A DNA stretch of 64,000 bases. It comes from Bacillota bacterium (GTDB taxonomy: Bacteria; Bacillota; Ch66; Ch109). Where the stretch lies: NCBI GenBank assembly GCA_050952625.1, contig JBMNLH010000001.1:96001-160000 (forward strand), given 5' to 3'. The position numbers and the translations under genes are program-made. The notes under the pieces were generated by a model that was not told where the DNA came from, did not search any database, and worked only from the letters and a program-made list of their open reading frames with translations. The stretch's first letter is position 1; every line of letters begins with the position of its first letter. Of the stretch, positions 9,496 to 18,862 are shown one piece after another.

Positions 9496-10402
9496 ACAAT
9501 TACTTGCATCTGTGGCGGATCTGCATGAGATTCCAACTGGTGCCTATAATATTCGGAAGGATGGCGAAGGGGTGGCCCGTCAGTCCACGGCGAATATTGA
9601 GATTTTACCGAAGACAGATCCTAAGCAGCCGGGGATTGATATTATCGTCAAACCGGGGACCAAAAACGAGTCGGTCCATATTCCGGTGATTATGACTCGA
9701 ACCGGAATGCATGATCTGGTCTATAATACTTTTGACATCGGGGAAAACGCTGATGTTTTGGTCGTGGCCGGCTGCGGAATTCACAACGCTGGGTGTGACT
9801 CATCCCAGCATGATGGAATCCACGAAATCTTGGTGCGCCGGGGTGCGCGGCTGCGTTATGTGGAGAAGCATTATGGCGAAGGACCAGGGGAAGGGCAGCG
9901 AATTCTTAATCCGCAGACGATTATCAAGATTGAAGAAGGAGCCGTTGCGGAACTGGAACTGGTGCAAATCAAAGGGGTGGATAGTACCCGCCGGATAACG
10001 CGGGCTGAAATACACAACCGGGGCAGCCTGCGCATGGTCGAGAAGCTGCTCACCCATGGTCAGCAAACAGCCGAGTCAGAGATGGAAATTTTCCTGATCG
10101 GTAAAGAGGCTAATGCCCAAATCATTGCCCGCTCCGTGGCCCAGGATGATTCCCGTCAGGATTTTCGGGCTAGTTTAATTGGACAAAACTACTGCCGCGG
10201 GCATGTGGAATGTGATTCGATCATTATGGATCAGGCCAAGATTGCGGCTTCGCCGCAGCTTCGAGCAGAACACATCGAGGCCGAATTAACCCATGAAGCG
10301 GCAATTGGCAAAATTGCCGGTGATCAATTGATTAAACTGATGACCCTAGGCCTGACGGAAAAGGAAGCAATTGACACCATTTTGAACGGTTTCCTTAGTT
10401 AG
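9473..10402 (+). CDS. sufB: SufB/SufD-family Fe-S scaffold protein (short form)
   Basis: Beta-helix-type sequence with GHVECDSII and LTHEAAIGKIA...LMTLGL motifs. Confidence 0.8.
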   Translation: MTLTAIDKQLLASVADLHEIPTGAYNIRKDGEGVARQSTANIEILPKTDPKQPGIDIIVKPGTKNESVHIPVIMTRTGMHDLVYNTFDIGENADVLVVAGCGIHNAGCDSSQHDGIHEILVRRGARLRYVEKHYGEGPGEGQRILNPQTIIKIEEGAVAELELVQIKGVDSTRRITRAEIHNRGSLRMVEKLLTHGQQTAESEMEIFLIGKEANAQIIARSVAQDDSRQDFRASLIGQNYCRGHVECDSIIMDQAKIAASPQLRAEHIEAELTHEAAIGKIAGDQLIKLMTLGLTEKEAIDTILNGFLS

Positions 10403-10440
10403 GACAGGTCTAGCAACTAAACCCTGTCCCGAAGGTTTAG

Positions 10441-10579
10441 CTGAATCAAAAGACGTCGACTTTTATATAAGTGGGCGTTAAGTGGGGATACCTTGTTTAG
10501 ACTTCAGGTAAAGTAGTGTTTCTAGGAGTAGTGTTTCTATCTGAAGCCTTGATGTTCAGCGAAGCTGAGCGAGATCACT
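10441..10579 (-). mobile_element. Dispersed palindromic element, copy B
   Basis: CTTCAGGT...CTGAAGCCTTGATGTTCAGCGAAGCTGAGCGAGATCACT is the reverse of copy A/D. Confidence 0.65.
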
Positions 10580-10582
10580 CCA

Positions 10583-10607
10583 AGCAGCGGTTTACGCCGC
10601 TGCTTTC
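10583..10607. terminator. Hairpin/terminator
   Basis: AGCAGCGG-TTTACG-CCGCTGCT followed by TT. Confidence 0.5.
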
Positions 10608-10631
10608 GCGTAGTTAAAGGGGGCAACACCA

Positions 10632-11531
10632 GTGAATCTTAATCTATTCATCACCTTTGTTCGGGTTATCGAAAAAAAGAGTTTGTCTGGGGCCGCCCGA
10701 GATCTTTTTTTAACGCAGCCAGCGGTAAGCAAGCAGATTCAGACACTGGAGGAACTGTATGGGGTTCAATTAATGGAGCGGGTCGGCCGGCGAATTCGCC
10801 TGACAGAAGCTGGTGAGATTTTTTACCAGCATGCCCTGGAAATCCTGGGTATTTTGGAAGAACTAAACGATGACTTAATCCGAACAACGGCAGGTGTGCG
10901 GGGCCGTCTGCTGATCGGAGCCAGTACTGTTCCCGGGCATTATATCCTCCCTTCATTTATTGGACGGTATAAACGCCAGTACCCGGAGGTTAAAGTGAGC
11001 CTGGAAATCGGCGATACCGGCAGTGTCGTTAATTCTTTGTTAGAACAGCGGGTTGACTTGGCCGTCGTCGGAGCAACAGTGAAGAACCATAAATTAGTAA
11101 GTACCTTATTTGCGGATGATCGGTTACGGTTGATTGTACCAGCGGCTCACCCGCTGGCCACCCGGACCTCAATCCAGATTGAGGAAATAGTTCAAGAAAA
11201 CCTGATCTGGCGCGAGAAAGGTTCCGGAACACGGCGCGTGCTGGAAGATCGGCTCGCTGATCAGGGAGTAAACCTGGATAAATTGAATATCTTACTCGAG
11301 TTAGGGAGTACCGAAGCAGTAATTACAGCTGTGGAAGAAGGTTTGGGGATTGCCCTGGTATCTCAGTGGGCGATCGGCAAAAGTACCGCCTTAGGCCGGA
11401 TCGCTAGTCCCGAATTGGAGGGGATTGATCTTAAACGGAATCTTTACCTGATTTACCGGCGTCAAAAGATTTATAGCCGGGCGATGCAGGCATTTCTAGA
11501 TCTAAGCAAACTTGATCTAAGCAAAAATTGA
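10632..11531 (+). CDS. LysR-family regulator (CysL / selenium-metabolism-associated type)
   Basis: HTH LFLTQPAVSKQI, GASTVPG, REKGSGTR and LGSTEAV motifs. Confidence 0.9.
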   Translation: MNLNLFITFVRVIEKKSLSGAARDLFLTQPAVSKQIQTLEELYGVQLMERVGRRIRLTEAGEIFYQHALEILGILEELNDDLIRTTAGVRGRLLIGASTVPGHYILPSFIGRYKRQYPEVKVSLEIGDTGSVVNSLLEQRVDLAVVGATVKNHKLVSTLFADDRLRLIVPAAHPLATRTSIQIEEIVQENLIWREKGSGTRRVLEDRLADQGVNLDKLNILLELGSTEAVITAVEEGLGIALVSQWAIGKSTALGRIASPELEGIDLKRNLYLIYRRQKIYSRAMQAFLDLSKLDLSKN

Positions 11532-11619
11532 GCCAGTCCTGGCCGGTTAATTTAGACCGAGCTCGGAGACAATAAGGCCAAGAAGCAGACTTTTTGAGTG
11601 ATTAGAGGGGGTTAAAGCT

Positions 11620-11895
11620 GTGGCAAAGCAAAATTGGCCGGTAGTCTCCAAAAGGGATTTTTTGGGACAAGGTGACTGGTCGCGAGAGTATTACGAAGGA
11701 TTGCTGGTAGTTAACCACGGTGAGCAAGGCTACGATTTAGGAGTAGAATTAGAGGGTGAGCAGGTTTTAAAGGTGGATAGAGCCTCAGCCGATGAGATTA
11801 AGGACCGGGTTCAGTATTGGGGAGCCCGCTTGGAGGATATTCGAAAAGAGTACGGGGTACGGGATAACCGCACCGCTGAGTTCTACAGGGGTTAA
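11620..11895 (+). CDS. Hypothetical protein
   Basis: 91-aa ORF with RBS GAGGGGG and protein-like composition. Confidence 0.7.
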   Translation: MAKQNWPVVSKRDFLGQGDWSREYYEGLLVVNHGEQGYDLGVELEGEQVLKVDRASADEIKDRVQYWGARLEDIRKEYGVRDNRTAEFYRG

Positions 11896-12193
11896 CAACT
11901 GCTACGATTTTATAGATTAATATAATCAACAGCTCTACAATATCTATATGAAACTAAGCGAATTTTTCGTGCTTCATCTGCTTAAATATACGAATCTTGG
12001 GTTATGACTCAGTCATCAAACTAGTTTGGGAACGAAAATTAAGGGAATGTAAACTTTTAAACGCTGACCTTTGATGGCGTCTCACCTTAGCTGGTTGGGA
12101 CTGCCATTTTTTTGTTTAGTGCTTGACCGAACTTCAGGTCTACGTTACATTATGATTAGATTACTGCAGAATGATAGATGGAGGTGTCGTTGT

Positions 12194-12478
12194 TTGCCTT
12201 TATCCGAAGGTTCAACCCTATCGACTATCTTGTGGTTTTTCGTTGTCCCGTTTGCCCTTTTAATCGGGATAATTGTATTGCCGCAACGAAATCGCCAAAA
12301 GAAACAAAAAGAGTTTATCGAAAGTTTAAAGGTGAAGGATAAAGTCGTCACCTATAGTGGCATTATTGGAGTCATTGAAAAGATCGGTCAAAGAACAGTT
12401 ATTCTTCGGGTCGATGAGAAAACACGGATGGAGTTCCTCAAAGAAGCAATTACCAAATTGGCTAAGGATTTGGATTAG
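12194..12478 (+). CDS. yajC: Preprotein translocase subunit YajC
   Basis: One TM helix, then PQRNRQKKQ...LKVKDKVVTYSGIIG; RBS GGAGGTG before TTG 12194. Confidence 0.85.
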   Translation: MPLSEGSTLSTILWFFVVPFALLIGIIVLPQRNRQKKQKEFIESLKVKDKVVTYSGIIGVIEKIGQRTVILRVDEKTRMEFLKEAITKLAKDLD

Positions 12479-12670
12479 ACTTGAATTAGATTTAAATTGG
12501 CATTAAGCGATAATTATCGGATAAAATGTTTATGTTTGGTTTATTATTCTCACTGCGGGCCGAAAGCCCGCTTTTCATTGTTTAACCTCGTGCGGCAAGA
12601 AGTCTCCAGCTTGACAAACGGGTTAGTTTGGTATTACCATCTATTTTGTTGCTTTATGAAGAATACTCGG

Positions 12671-12687
12671 TTAGAATATGCTCATAA
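12671..12687. promoter_or_regulatory. Possible FapR-type operator
   Basis: The 17-bp imperfect palindrome TTAGAATATGCTCATAA lies upstream of a FabK-like gene. Assignment is by resemblance only. Confidence 0.35.
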
Positions 12688-12746
12688 ACATTATTGCTAT
12701 TATTTAGGCTCTTAATAAATTGAATAATGGGGGATTATAATCAGGT

Positions 12747-13697
12747 ATGAAACTGCCAGAATTGCAGATTGGCAATCTGATAGCCCGGCTCCCAATTATC
12801 CAGGGAGGGATGGCTGTTCGCATCTCTACTTCTCGCTTGGCGGCAGCCGTGGCTAATGAAGGTGGCATAGGGATTATCGCTATAACCGGGATGAGTGTTG
12901 AGGAACTAAAGGCTGAGATTCGGAAAGCGCGAGAATTGACCAAGGGAATTATCGGGATAAACTGCCTTTTCGCCGTGCGTGATTTTGCTACCTTAGTAAA
13001 AGCAGCGATTCAGGAAGGAATAGATTTGGTCGTCTCCGGAGCCGGATTCTCCCGAGACATGTTTCAGTGGGGGAAGGAATCAAACACACCCATTGTCCCG
13101 ATTGTTTCTTCAGCGCGACTAGCCAAAATCGCCGAGAAGTTAGGCGCAGCCGCGGTCGTAGTTGAAGGTAAAGAGGCCGGGGGACACCTGGGAACTACTG
13201 AACCAATGAAAAAAATCCTGCCCGAGGTCAGGGCCGCGGTCAGCATTCCGGTTATTGCGGCCGGTGGAATTATTGATGGAAGGGATATTGTTGAGGCCTT
13301 CAAACTGGGAGCCAATGGGGTTCAAATGGGCACCCGCTTTGCGGCCAGTGAAGAATCTGGAGCTTCACGTGAGTTCAAGGAGCTTTATTTGCGCGCTGCC
13401 TTAGAAGATGTTGTTTTAGTCAAAAGCCCGGTCGGTCTCCCTGGGAGAGCCTTGAAAAACCGGTTCTGGGAAAGAATTAATCAGGGTGAAGATCTAAGTC
13501 CGGAAACTTGTCGCGCCTGCTTAAAACACTGTTCTGGTGATTATTGTATTATGGAAGCTTTAGAGAAAGCCCAACAGGGAGACATGGAGAACGGCCTCGT
13601 CTTTTCCGGGGAGCTAGTTCAAAGAATCAAAGAGATATTGCCAGTCAAGAAAATATTTCAAAACTTGCTGCAGGAGATTGAGACTTCTCCGGGATAA
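12747..13697 (+). CDS. Nitronate monooxygenase / FabK-like FMN oxidoreductase
   Basis: PIIQGGMAV, EAGGHLG, VIAAGGI, GVQMGTRF and a CxxCxxxC cluster. Confidence 0.85.
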   Translation: MKLPELQIGNLIARLPIIQGGMAVRISTSRLAAAVANEGGIGIIAITGMSVEELKAEIRKARELTKGIIGINCLFAVRDFATLVKAAIQEGIDLVVSGAGFSRDMFQWGKESNTPIVPIVSSARLAKIAEKLGAAAVVVEGKEAGGHLGTTEPMKKILPEVRAAVSIPVIAAGGIIDGRDIVEAFKLGANGVQMGTRFAASEESGASREFKELYLRAALEDVVLVKSPVGLPGRALKNRFWERINQGEDLSPETCRACLKHCSGDYCIMEALEKAQQGDMENGLVFSGELVQRIKEILPVKKIFQNLLQEIETSPG

Positions 13698-13702
13698 GTT
13701 TA

Positions 13703-13814
13703 TCTGCATCAAAAGACTTATCCTTCTATAAGCAGGGTTACCTTGTTTAAATTTCAGGGTGAGGCAGAGTCTCGTCCGAAGCCTCGCTGCTCAGCGAAGC
13801 TGAACGAGTTCACT
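13703..13814 (-). mobile_element. Dispersed palindromic element, copy C
   Basis: ATCAAAAGAC...CCTTGTTTAAATTTCAGG...TCAGCGAAGCTGAACGAGTTCACT. Confidence 0.65.
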
Positions 13815-13897
13815 AAAATACGAAGAATTACAAGTTGAGCAATCTGTTATTGGGAACCAATAGTTCCCATTTTTGTTTTTGTTGATTGTTTATTTAT

Positions 13898-13915
13898 GTG
13901 TGCAATTTAGCACAA
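13898..13915. promoter_or_regulatory. Possible Rex operator
   Basis: GTGTGCAATTTAGCACAA resembles TTGTGAA-N4-TTCACAA and lies just upstream of a SigH-like promoter. Confidence 0.4.
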
Positions 13916-13944
13916 TTTTGTTGCCAAGAGAGTTTTTTTCTAGA

Positions 13945-13969
13945 AGGATAAAGCTCATTAATGTCGAAG
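13945..13969 (+). promoter_or_regulatory. SigH-type promoter of the moxR-vwa operon
   Basis: AGGA-N17-GAAG with TGTC immediately before the -10. Confidence 0.55.
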
Positions 13970-14056
13970 TATTAATTTAGAAACTTGTTAGGATTAGAAT
14001 CAATTTTCAAATTAGTCAAAAAATTATAACCCTTAAAAACTAAGCTTACATAAGGA

Positions 14057-15067
14057 GTGGGTAAAAAGTTGCAGCAAGACATTACTCAAATTAGAAATGG
14101 GATGTATCAGGCAGGGTATATCTGTGATGACAAAACTGCGACAACCTTATTTTTAGCAGAAGCCCTGCATAAGCCGATCTTGGTGGAGGGTCCGGCCGGG
14201 GTCGGGAAAACCGCGATCGCCCAAGCTTTTAGCCGCATGAAAGGTCTGCCCTTGATTAGACTTCAGTGTTACGAAGGAATTGATGAATCCAAAGCTCTAT
14301 ACGAATGGGATTACAAACGACAATTACTCCATATTCAGGCGGTAGCCAATCAAACAATTGATGTAAAAGAAGTCGAAAAGGATATTTTCTCAGACCATTT
14401 TCTACTGCGTCGGCCTTTGCTGACCGCCATCAGTTGTCCCACTCCCACCGTTCTGTTGATTGATGAGATTGATAAGGTGGATTTTGAGTTCGAAGCAATG
14501 TTGCTAGAACTCCTCTCGGAATTTCAGGTAACCATCCCGGAATTTGGCACTGTTAAGGCGGAACACCTACCTTTTGTTTTTCTGACATCCAACGCCACCC
14601 GCGAGTTATCTGAAGCTCTTAAACGACGCTGTCTGTATTTGTATTTAGATTTCCCGGTCCAAGAACTGGAGGAACAGATCCTGCTGTTGAAAATCCCGGA
14701 AATCCCGCAACAGTTAGCCGGGCAGATTGCCTCTGTTGTCCGCAAGATCCGGCAGGTTCAGCTGAAAAAATTGCCGAGTATCGCTGAAAGCATTGACTGG
14801 GGACGTTCGCTGATTAGCCTGGGTAAAGATGACCTGGATGTGGAAACTACTTTACGCACCTTGAATATACTAGCTAAATACAAAGATGATTTGCATAAAT
14901 TAGACCAGATGGTACAAACCCAGAAAAACTTAAACTTTCAGCCCGTACTAGGATCTTCGCTGTCAACTGGTTCAACCCCGGTGCCGGAAGCCAAAAGTAG
15001 TGAGGCCCCAAGTAAACCTGCCCTGACAATGAAGACAATCGAAAAATACTACAAGAATAAAAAGTAA
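14057..15067 (+). CDS. MoxR-family AAA+ ATPase (CoxD-like)
   Basis: EGPAGVGKT, RLQCYEG, ALYEWDY, LLIDEIDK and LSEALKRRCL. Confidence 0.9.
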   Translation: MGKKLQQDITQIRNGMYQAGYICDDKTATTLFLAEALHKPILVEGPAGVGKTAIAQAFSRMKGLPLIRLQCYEGIDESKALYEWDYKRQLLHIQAVANQTIDVKEVEKDIFSDHFLLRRPLLTAISCPTPTVLLIDEIDKVDFEFEAMLLELLSEFQVTIPEFGTVKAEHLPFVFLTSNATRELSEALKRRCLYLYLDFPVQELEEQILLLKIPEIPQQLAGQIASVVRKIRQVQLKKLPSIAESIDWGRSLISLGKDDLDVETTLRTLNILAKYKDDLHKLDQMVQTQKNLNFQPVLGSSLSTGSTPVPEAKSSEAPSKPALTMKTIEKYYKNKK

Positions 15068-15078
15068 ATAGCGAGGTT

Positions 15079-16203
15079 TTGGGTATGGCCTTTTTCCATG
15101 TGATGCAGCGGTTTTGTGAAGATTTACGTCGGGAGGGAATCCCAGTTACGCCCAGCCATTCTGAGGACTGTTTTCGGGCTCTCTCTTTAATTGACTGGTC
15201 CGTTGAGGATTTTTTCTATTCCTCTTTGTTTGCCACGCTGATTAAAGATTATAACTATAAGCCTCTCTTTGACAATGTCTATAAACGTTATTTTAAATCT
15301 TGTATCAATCTGGAGAGTCTTAAGCAGCAGTTACTTAAAAAAGGCGAACTGTCAGACCCAGAGAGAGAAGCACCGGAGGACAGCGTAGCACTAGAGGAAG
15401 TAAACGCTCAGGCGGCGGAAAATCAAGGGTCCTTTAAAAACAAGAGTACCACAACTCCAGATGGCCGGAAGAATCCTTTGGCGCAGGATTTTCGTCTGGA
15501 TAGCTTAGAGGATATCCGACGAATGGAGGCCCTCTTCCCCCTAATGGCCAAAAGACTCGCTTCGAAAATGATCATCAAAAACAAGCGAAACGATCAGAAC
15601 TTTATTAACTTCCGTCGGACCATGCGCAAGAGCATGTCTACCGGTGGGGTACCGGTGGATCTGATTACCCGGCGGAAGCAAAAAGAGAAACCGGTGTTGT
15701 TCTGTTTGTGCGACGTTTCCGTTTCAGTACTGCAGTTCAGTTGCTTTGCCTTGGCCTTGTTAGCTTCGTTGGAAAAGTTCTTTCAACATGTCCGCAGTTT
15801 TGGCTTTGTGGATGAGATTGACGAAATCACTCACATGTTAAAGCATGCTGATCCGAAAACCCTGCGGGCTAATGTGTTGAAGAATGCCAAAGTGATTGGG
15901 ATTCGGGGGTACAGCAACTACGGCATATCCTTTAAGCACTTTTTCGAGCGGTATGGCGGGCAGTTGTCGCAAAAGACAACGGTGCTTATTTTTGGGGATG
16001 GCCGAAACAACTGGTATGATGATGAGGCCTGGGTCCTAAAAGAGATGCGGAGTCGATCGAAAAAGATCTACTGGTTTAACCCGGAAGAAGAAGAAAACTG
16101 GTTTACCGGCGACAGCCGGATGAAGGAATACCTGAAGTACTGTGATCGCTCCTTTGAGGTAACCAATCTGCTGCAGATGGAAGATGCATTTTGTCAGTTG
16201 TAA
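15079..16203 (+). CDS. VWA domain protein (CoxE-like)
   Basis: INFRRTMRKSMSTGG, CDVSVS (degenerate MIDAS), IFGDGRNN, WFNPE; directly follows MoxR. Confidence 0.85.
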   Translation: MGMAFFHVMQRFCEDLRREGIPVTPSHSEDCFRALSLIDWSVEDFFYSSLFATLIKDYNYKPLFDNVYKRYFKSCINLESLKQQLLKKGELSDPEREAPEDSVALEEVNAQAAENQGSFKNKSTTTPDGRKNPLAQDFRLDSLEDIRRMEALFPLMAKRLASKMIIKNKRNDQNFINFRRTMRKSMSTGGVPVDLITRRKQKEKPVLFCLCDVSVSVLQFSCFALALLASLEKFFQHVRSFGFVDEIDEITHMLKHADPKTLRANVLKNAKVIGIRGYSNYGISFKHFFERYGGQLSQKTTVLIFGDGRNNWYDDEAWVLKEMRSRSKKIYWFNPEEEENWFTGDSRMKEYLKYCDRSFEVTNLLQMEDAFCQL

Positions 16204-16204
16204 C

Positions 16205-16372
16205 TGCCACGGGGACGGTTCTTGTGGCTGGTAAACGGGCGTGAGGGGTGAGAGGTGAAGAGAAAGACGCGGTCGCGGCGGGGTCGGTTCTTATGGCTGG
16301 AAACAGGCGTGAGAAGAAAGACGTAAGGCGTAAAATATAAGGCGTAAACGTAAAACGTAAGACGCAAAGACA
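16205..16372 (+). repeat. GGGACGGTTC-type repeats plus ~7-nt periodic repeats
   Basis: ggggacggttcttgtggctgg and ggggtcggttcttatggctgg, interleaved with gtgaggg/gtgagag/acgtaag heptamers. Confidence 0.65.
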
Positions 16373-16512
16373 TTAAACCTAGAAAACGCTACGTAGCTAT
16401 GAAACCGTAAGTCTTAAATAGTAAGCGACGGTTAAAGAACGTTTGTGCGAGATTATTTTATAGAATGAGTTATGTTATTAGAACGACATATAGAAAGAAC
16501 GGGAGTGATCGC

Positions 16513-16986
16513 GTGAGTCCAGTTGTGGGGGATCGGTTGCCGGCGAATATCTATGAGTATTTTCGGCCCAAGATCATGCGGACCGGCGTTGTTTCCACTG
16601 TTGATGAGGACGGCTACCCGCGGGGGGCCCCGATGTCTTTGTTTTATGCGCTGGATGATCAGACCTTGCTCATGGGGGCGCAAAACCGTTCGCAAACTTT
16701 TAAAAATGTTGAGCGGACCGGGAAAATAGCCCTGACTTTCCTGGGTGGGGGAGATGTCGCTTTCACGGTTCGGGGTAAGTGCCGGGTCTTCAAAACCACC
16801 ATGGAAACCAGTAAATACCTGGGCGTCCTGGTGGTCGAGGTGGAAGCCGTGAAGAGTGATGTGGCGATAGACGTTGAGGTTACCGATGGAATTCAGTACA
16901 CCTACCGGTCCCAGAAGTGGGAAGATTTTGTTAACCGGGTGTTGGACGAACTGCGGGGGTATACGTTGGCGGACGTTAAAGGCTAA
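16513..16986 (+). CDS. Pyridoxamine 5'-phosphate oxidase family (FMN-binding split barrel) protein
   Basis: VVSTVDEDGYPRGAPMS...SQTFKNV motif; RBS GGGAG. Confidence 0.8.
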   Translation: MSPVVGDRLPANIYEYFRPKIMRTGVVSTVDEDGYPRGAPMSLFYALDDQTLLMGAQNRSQTFKNVERTGKIALTFLGGGDVAFTVRGKCRVFKTTMETSKYLGVLVVEVEAVKSDVAIDVEVTDGIQYTYRSQKWEDFVNRVLDELRGYTLADVKG

Positions 16987-17482
16987 AACTGGCTAAAACG
17001 TCAATTATTGACCTTCTTAAAAAACACTATGATCGATTTCCAGGTACTTCAGATACTGATAGTGCTGTTTTGCAATTTTCCTTGTAATGACAGTGCTGCT
17101 AGCCTCTGCGCTGAAGGGATACGGTTTCGTCCTTCTCTCGTTTTCCCTGTATTGATAGTGCAGCTAGCGACAAAGGTCTAGTTGCATAGTAATAACCATG
17201 ACTAGGTTGTTATGTCCATCAAAAGTTAAATCGTCTAGTTGCCTAGTAATAACTCGGCAGAAGAAACTTAGCCCAGCCTAAGCAGGGCGTTGTCCATGTT
17301 TGGCCGTAACCACACATCCTGCGCTGTAACCTACATAGATTGCTATATGTCGGTGGGCACGGTTAAAGCCATAATCATACGTCCTGCGCTATTTAACCAA
17401 CAGCTGTAACCTATTAGAAGCAATCAATTAGTCAGTCAAGAAGCTCCTTTTTCTTCCATTGTATACAGAGAGAGCGGGAAAA

Positions 17483-18584
17483 TTACAGAACCCTGGTCGT
17501 TGCCTGCCGGCTGTACCACCGGCCCAGCCTTTGCAATGCTTCCAGCTGCTCCCGTTGGCCGGCTTTGGTCCGTTTAAGGGCTTTTTGCAAAATGCGGGCA
17601 GAGTGTTCCATGTCCTCACGGTTTACTGGGTACGGGTGGCCGTCTTTCCCGCCGTGGGCAAAGGAGTAGCGCGCCGGGTCCCGGTAGCTGGGCTGAATCC
17701 CATAGGTCAGCTCTGCAACTAAGGCTAAAGCCCGCAGGGTACCGGCCCCGATCCCGGCAATGCCTAACAGGGCTTCAAAACTGCGGGGTCGTTGGTCGTG
17801 AGCAATGGACAAGGCCTTGTTTAAATAGGTCGAAGAGGGAATGGAGTGCCGGGCGGGCAGCGTCAGACTGGGAACTGTTTTCTTGAACAACTCCAATTCC
17901 CGGATCACACTGGCCGGGGGATAGGACACCAAATCAGTCGCGATCTGCCGGATATCTTTGTTTTCTCCGGCGACCAGGTTTAAGGTCCGGGCAGTCGCAT
18001 CACAGCAGATAGCTGAGTGCGGCTCGCACACAAAATCCTCCACCCCTCGGCTGAGCCAGTGGTAACGCCGGGCCTGCCGGTTATCCTCATTCATCCCTTG
18101 TTGAATTACGGTCCAATCGCCGCCCGGAGTAAAGACAAAAAAGTGATGATAGATTTGGTAGCCGTCCTGGACCGCTGAGCTGTCTACCTTAGCTGCCATG
18201 CGGCTGGCATACTGAAAATCCGCCACCTGGTTAGCGAAGCTAAACCGGTCACCTCAGCCGGGCAATCTCGTTTGGCGTGTTACGAGATACTCGGCCTTTG
18301 CCGCCGGCCAGGAAGATCCCCAGGTCAGCCTGCGCCTCTTTCAAACCTTCCTTAAGGGCCCCGCACACTGTCGTCGTTACTCCTGACGAATGCCAGTCAA
18401 AACCCAGCACACAGCCCAGGCTTTGAAACCAGTAAGGATCGGCTAGCCGTTTCAGAACCTCAAACGGACCGTACTCTTCTACGATAACCTCAATAATAGC
18501 TGCTCCCAAAGTCTTCATTTTAGTGAATAGCCAAGCCGGACATTTTCCGCCATGCAGCGGCAGGTTGGCAATCCCGGTTCGCAT
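17483..18584 (-). CDS. DUF763 family protein, split by a 1-nt frameshift near 18254
   Basis: The N-part has MRTGIANLPLHGGKCPAWLF and GFDWHSSGVTT. The C-part has KVDSSAVQDGY, QQGMN and FAHGGKDGHPYPV. Removing one base after ...IARL gives a continuous GDRFSFANQVADF. Confidence 0.85.
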
Positions 18585-18625
18585 ATCTTATCCCGTTCCT
18601 TTCTTTACAGGAAAATATGGTTTCA

Positions 18626-18712
18626 AGTGAACACGTTCAGCTTCGCTGAACATCAAGGCTTCAAATGGAGACTCTACTCCACCTGAAGTTTAAACAAGGT
18701 AACTCCCACTTA
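18626..18712 (+). mobile_element. Dispersed palindromic element, copy D
   Basis: AGTGAACACGTTCAGCTTCGCTGAACATCAAGGCTTCAAATGGAG...CACCTGAAG...ACTCCCACTTA. Confidence 0.65.
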
Positions 18713-18777
18713 CTCAAGAACATATGCTTGACGTCACATATACAGTTTTCCGCCGCGCCTCTATGATTTCTTAATTG

Positions 18778-18813
18778 ATTATAACACTATTTAATCCCGC
18801 GAACAAATGTTTG
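18778..18813 (-). promoter_or_regulatory. SigA promoter of DUF763 overlapped by a LexA (Cheo) box
   Basis: Minus strand reads TTGTTC-N17-TATAAT with extended TG. CGAACAAATGTTTG at 18800-18813 is one mismatch from GAAC-N4-GTTC and covers the -35. Confidence 0.65.
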
Positions 18814-18862
18814 TTTGAGCAATTGGAAAAATTAAGTTAGAATTTGGAGTAACCAAGCATTA

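Noticed and set aside
17030-17420. Degenerate direct repeats (GTCTAGTTGCxTAGTAATAAC twice) as a mini-CRISPR
   Set aside because: Only two copies, unrelated to the array repeat and with no leader.
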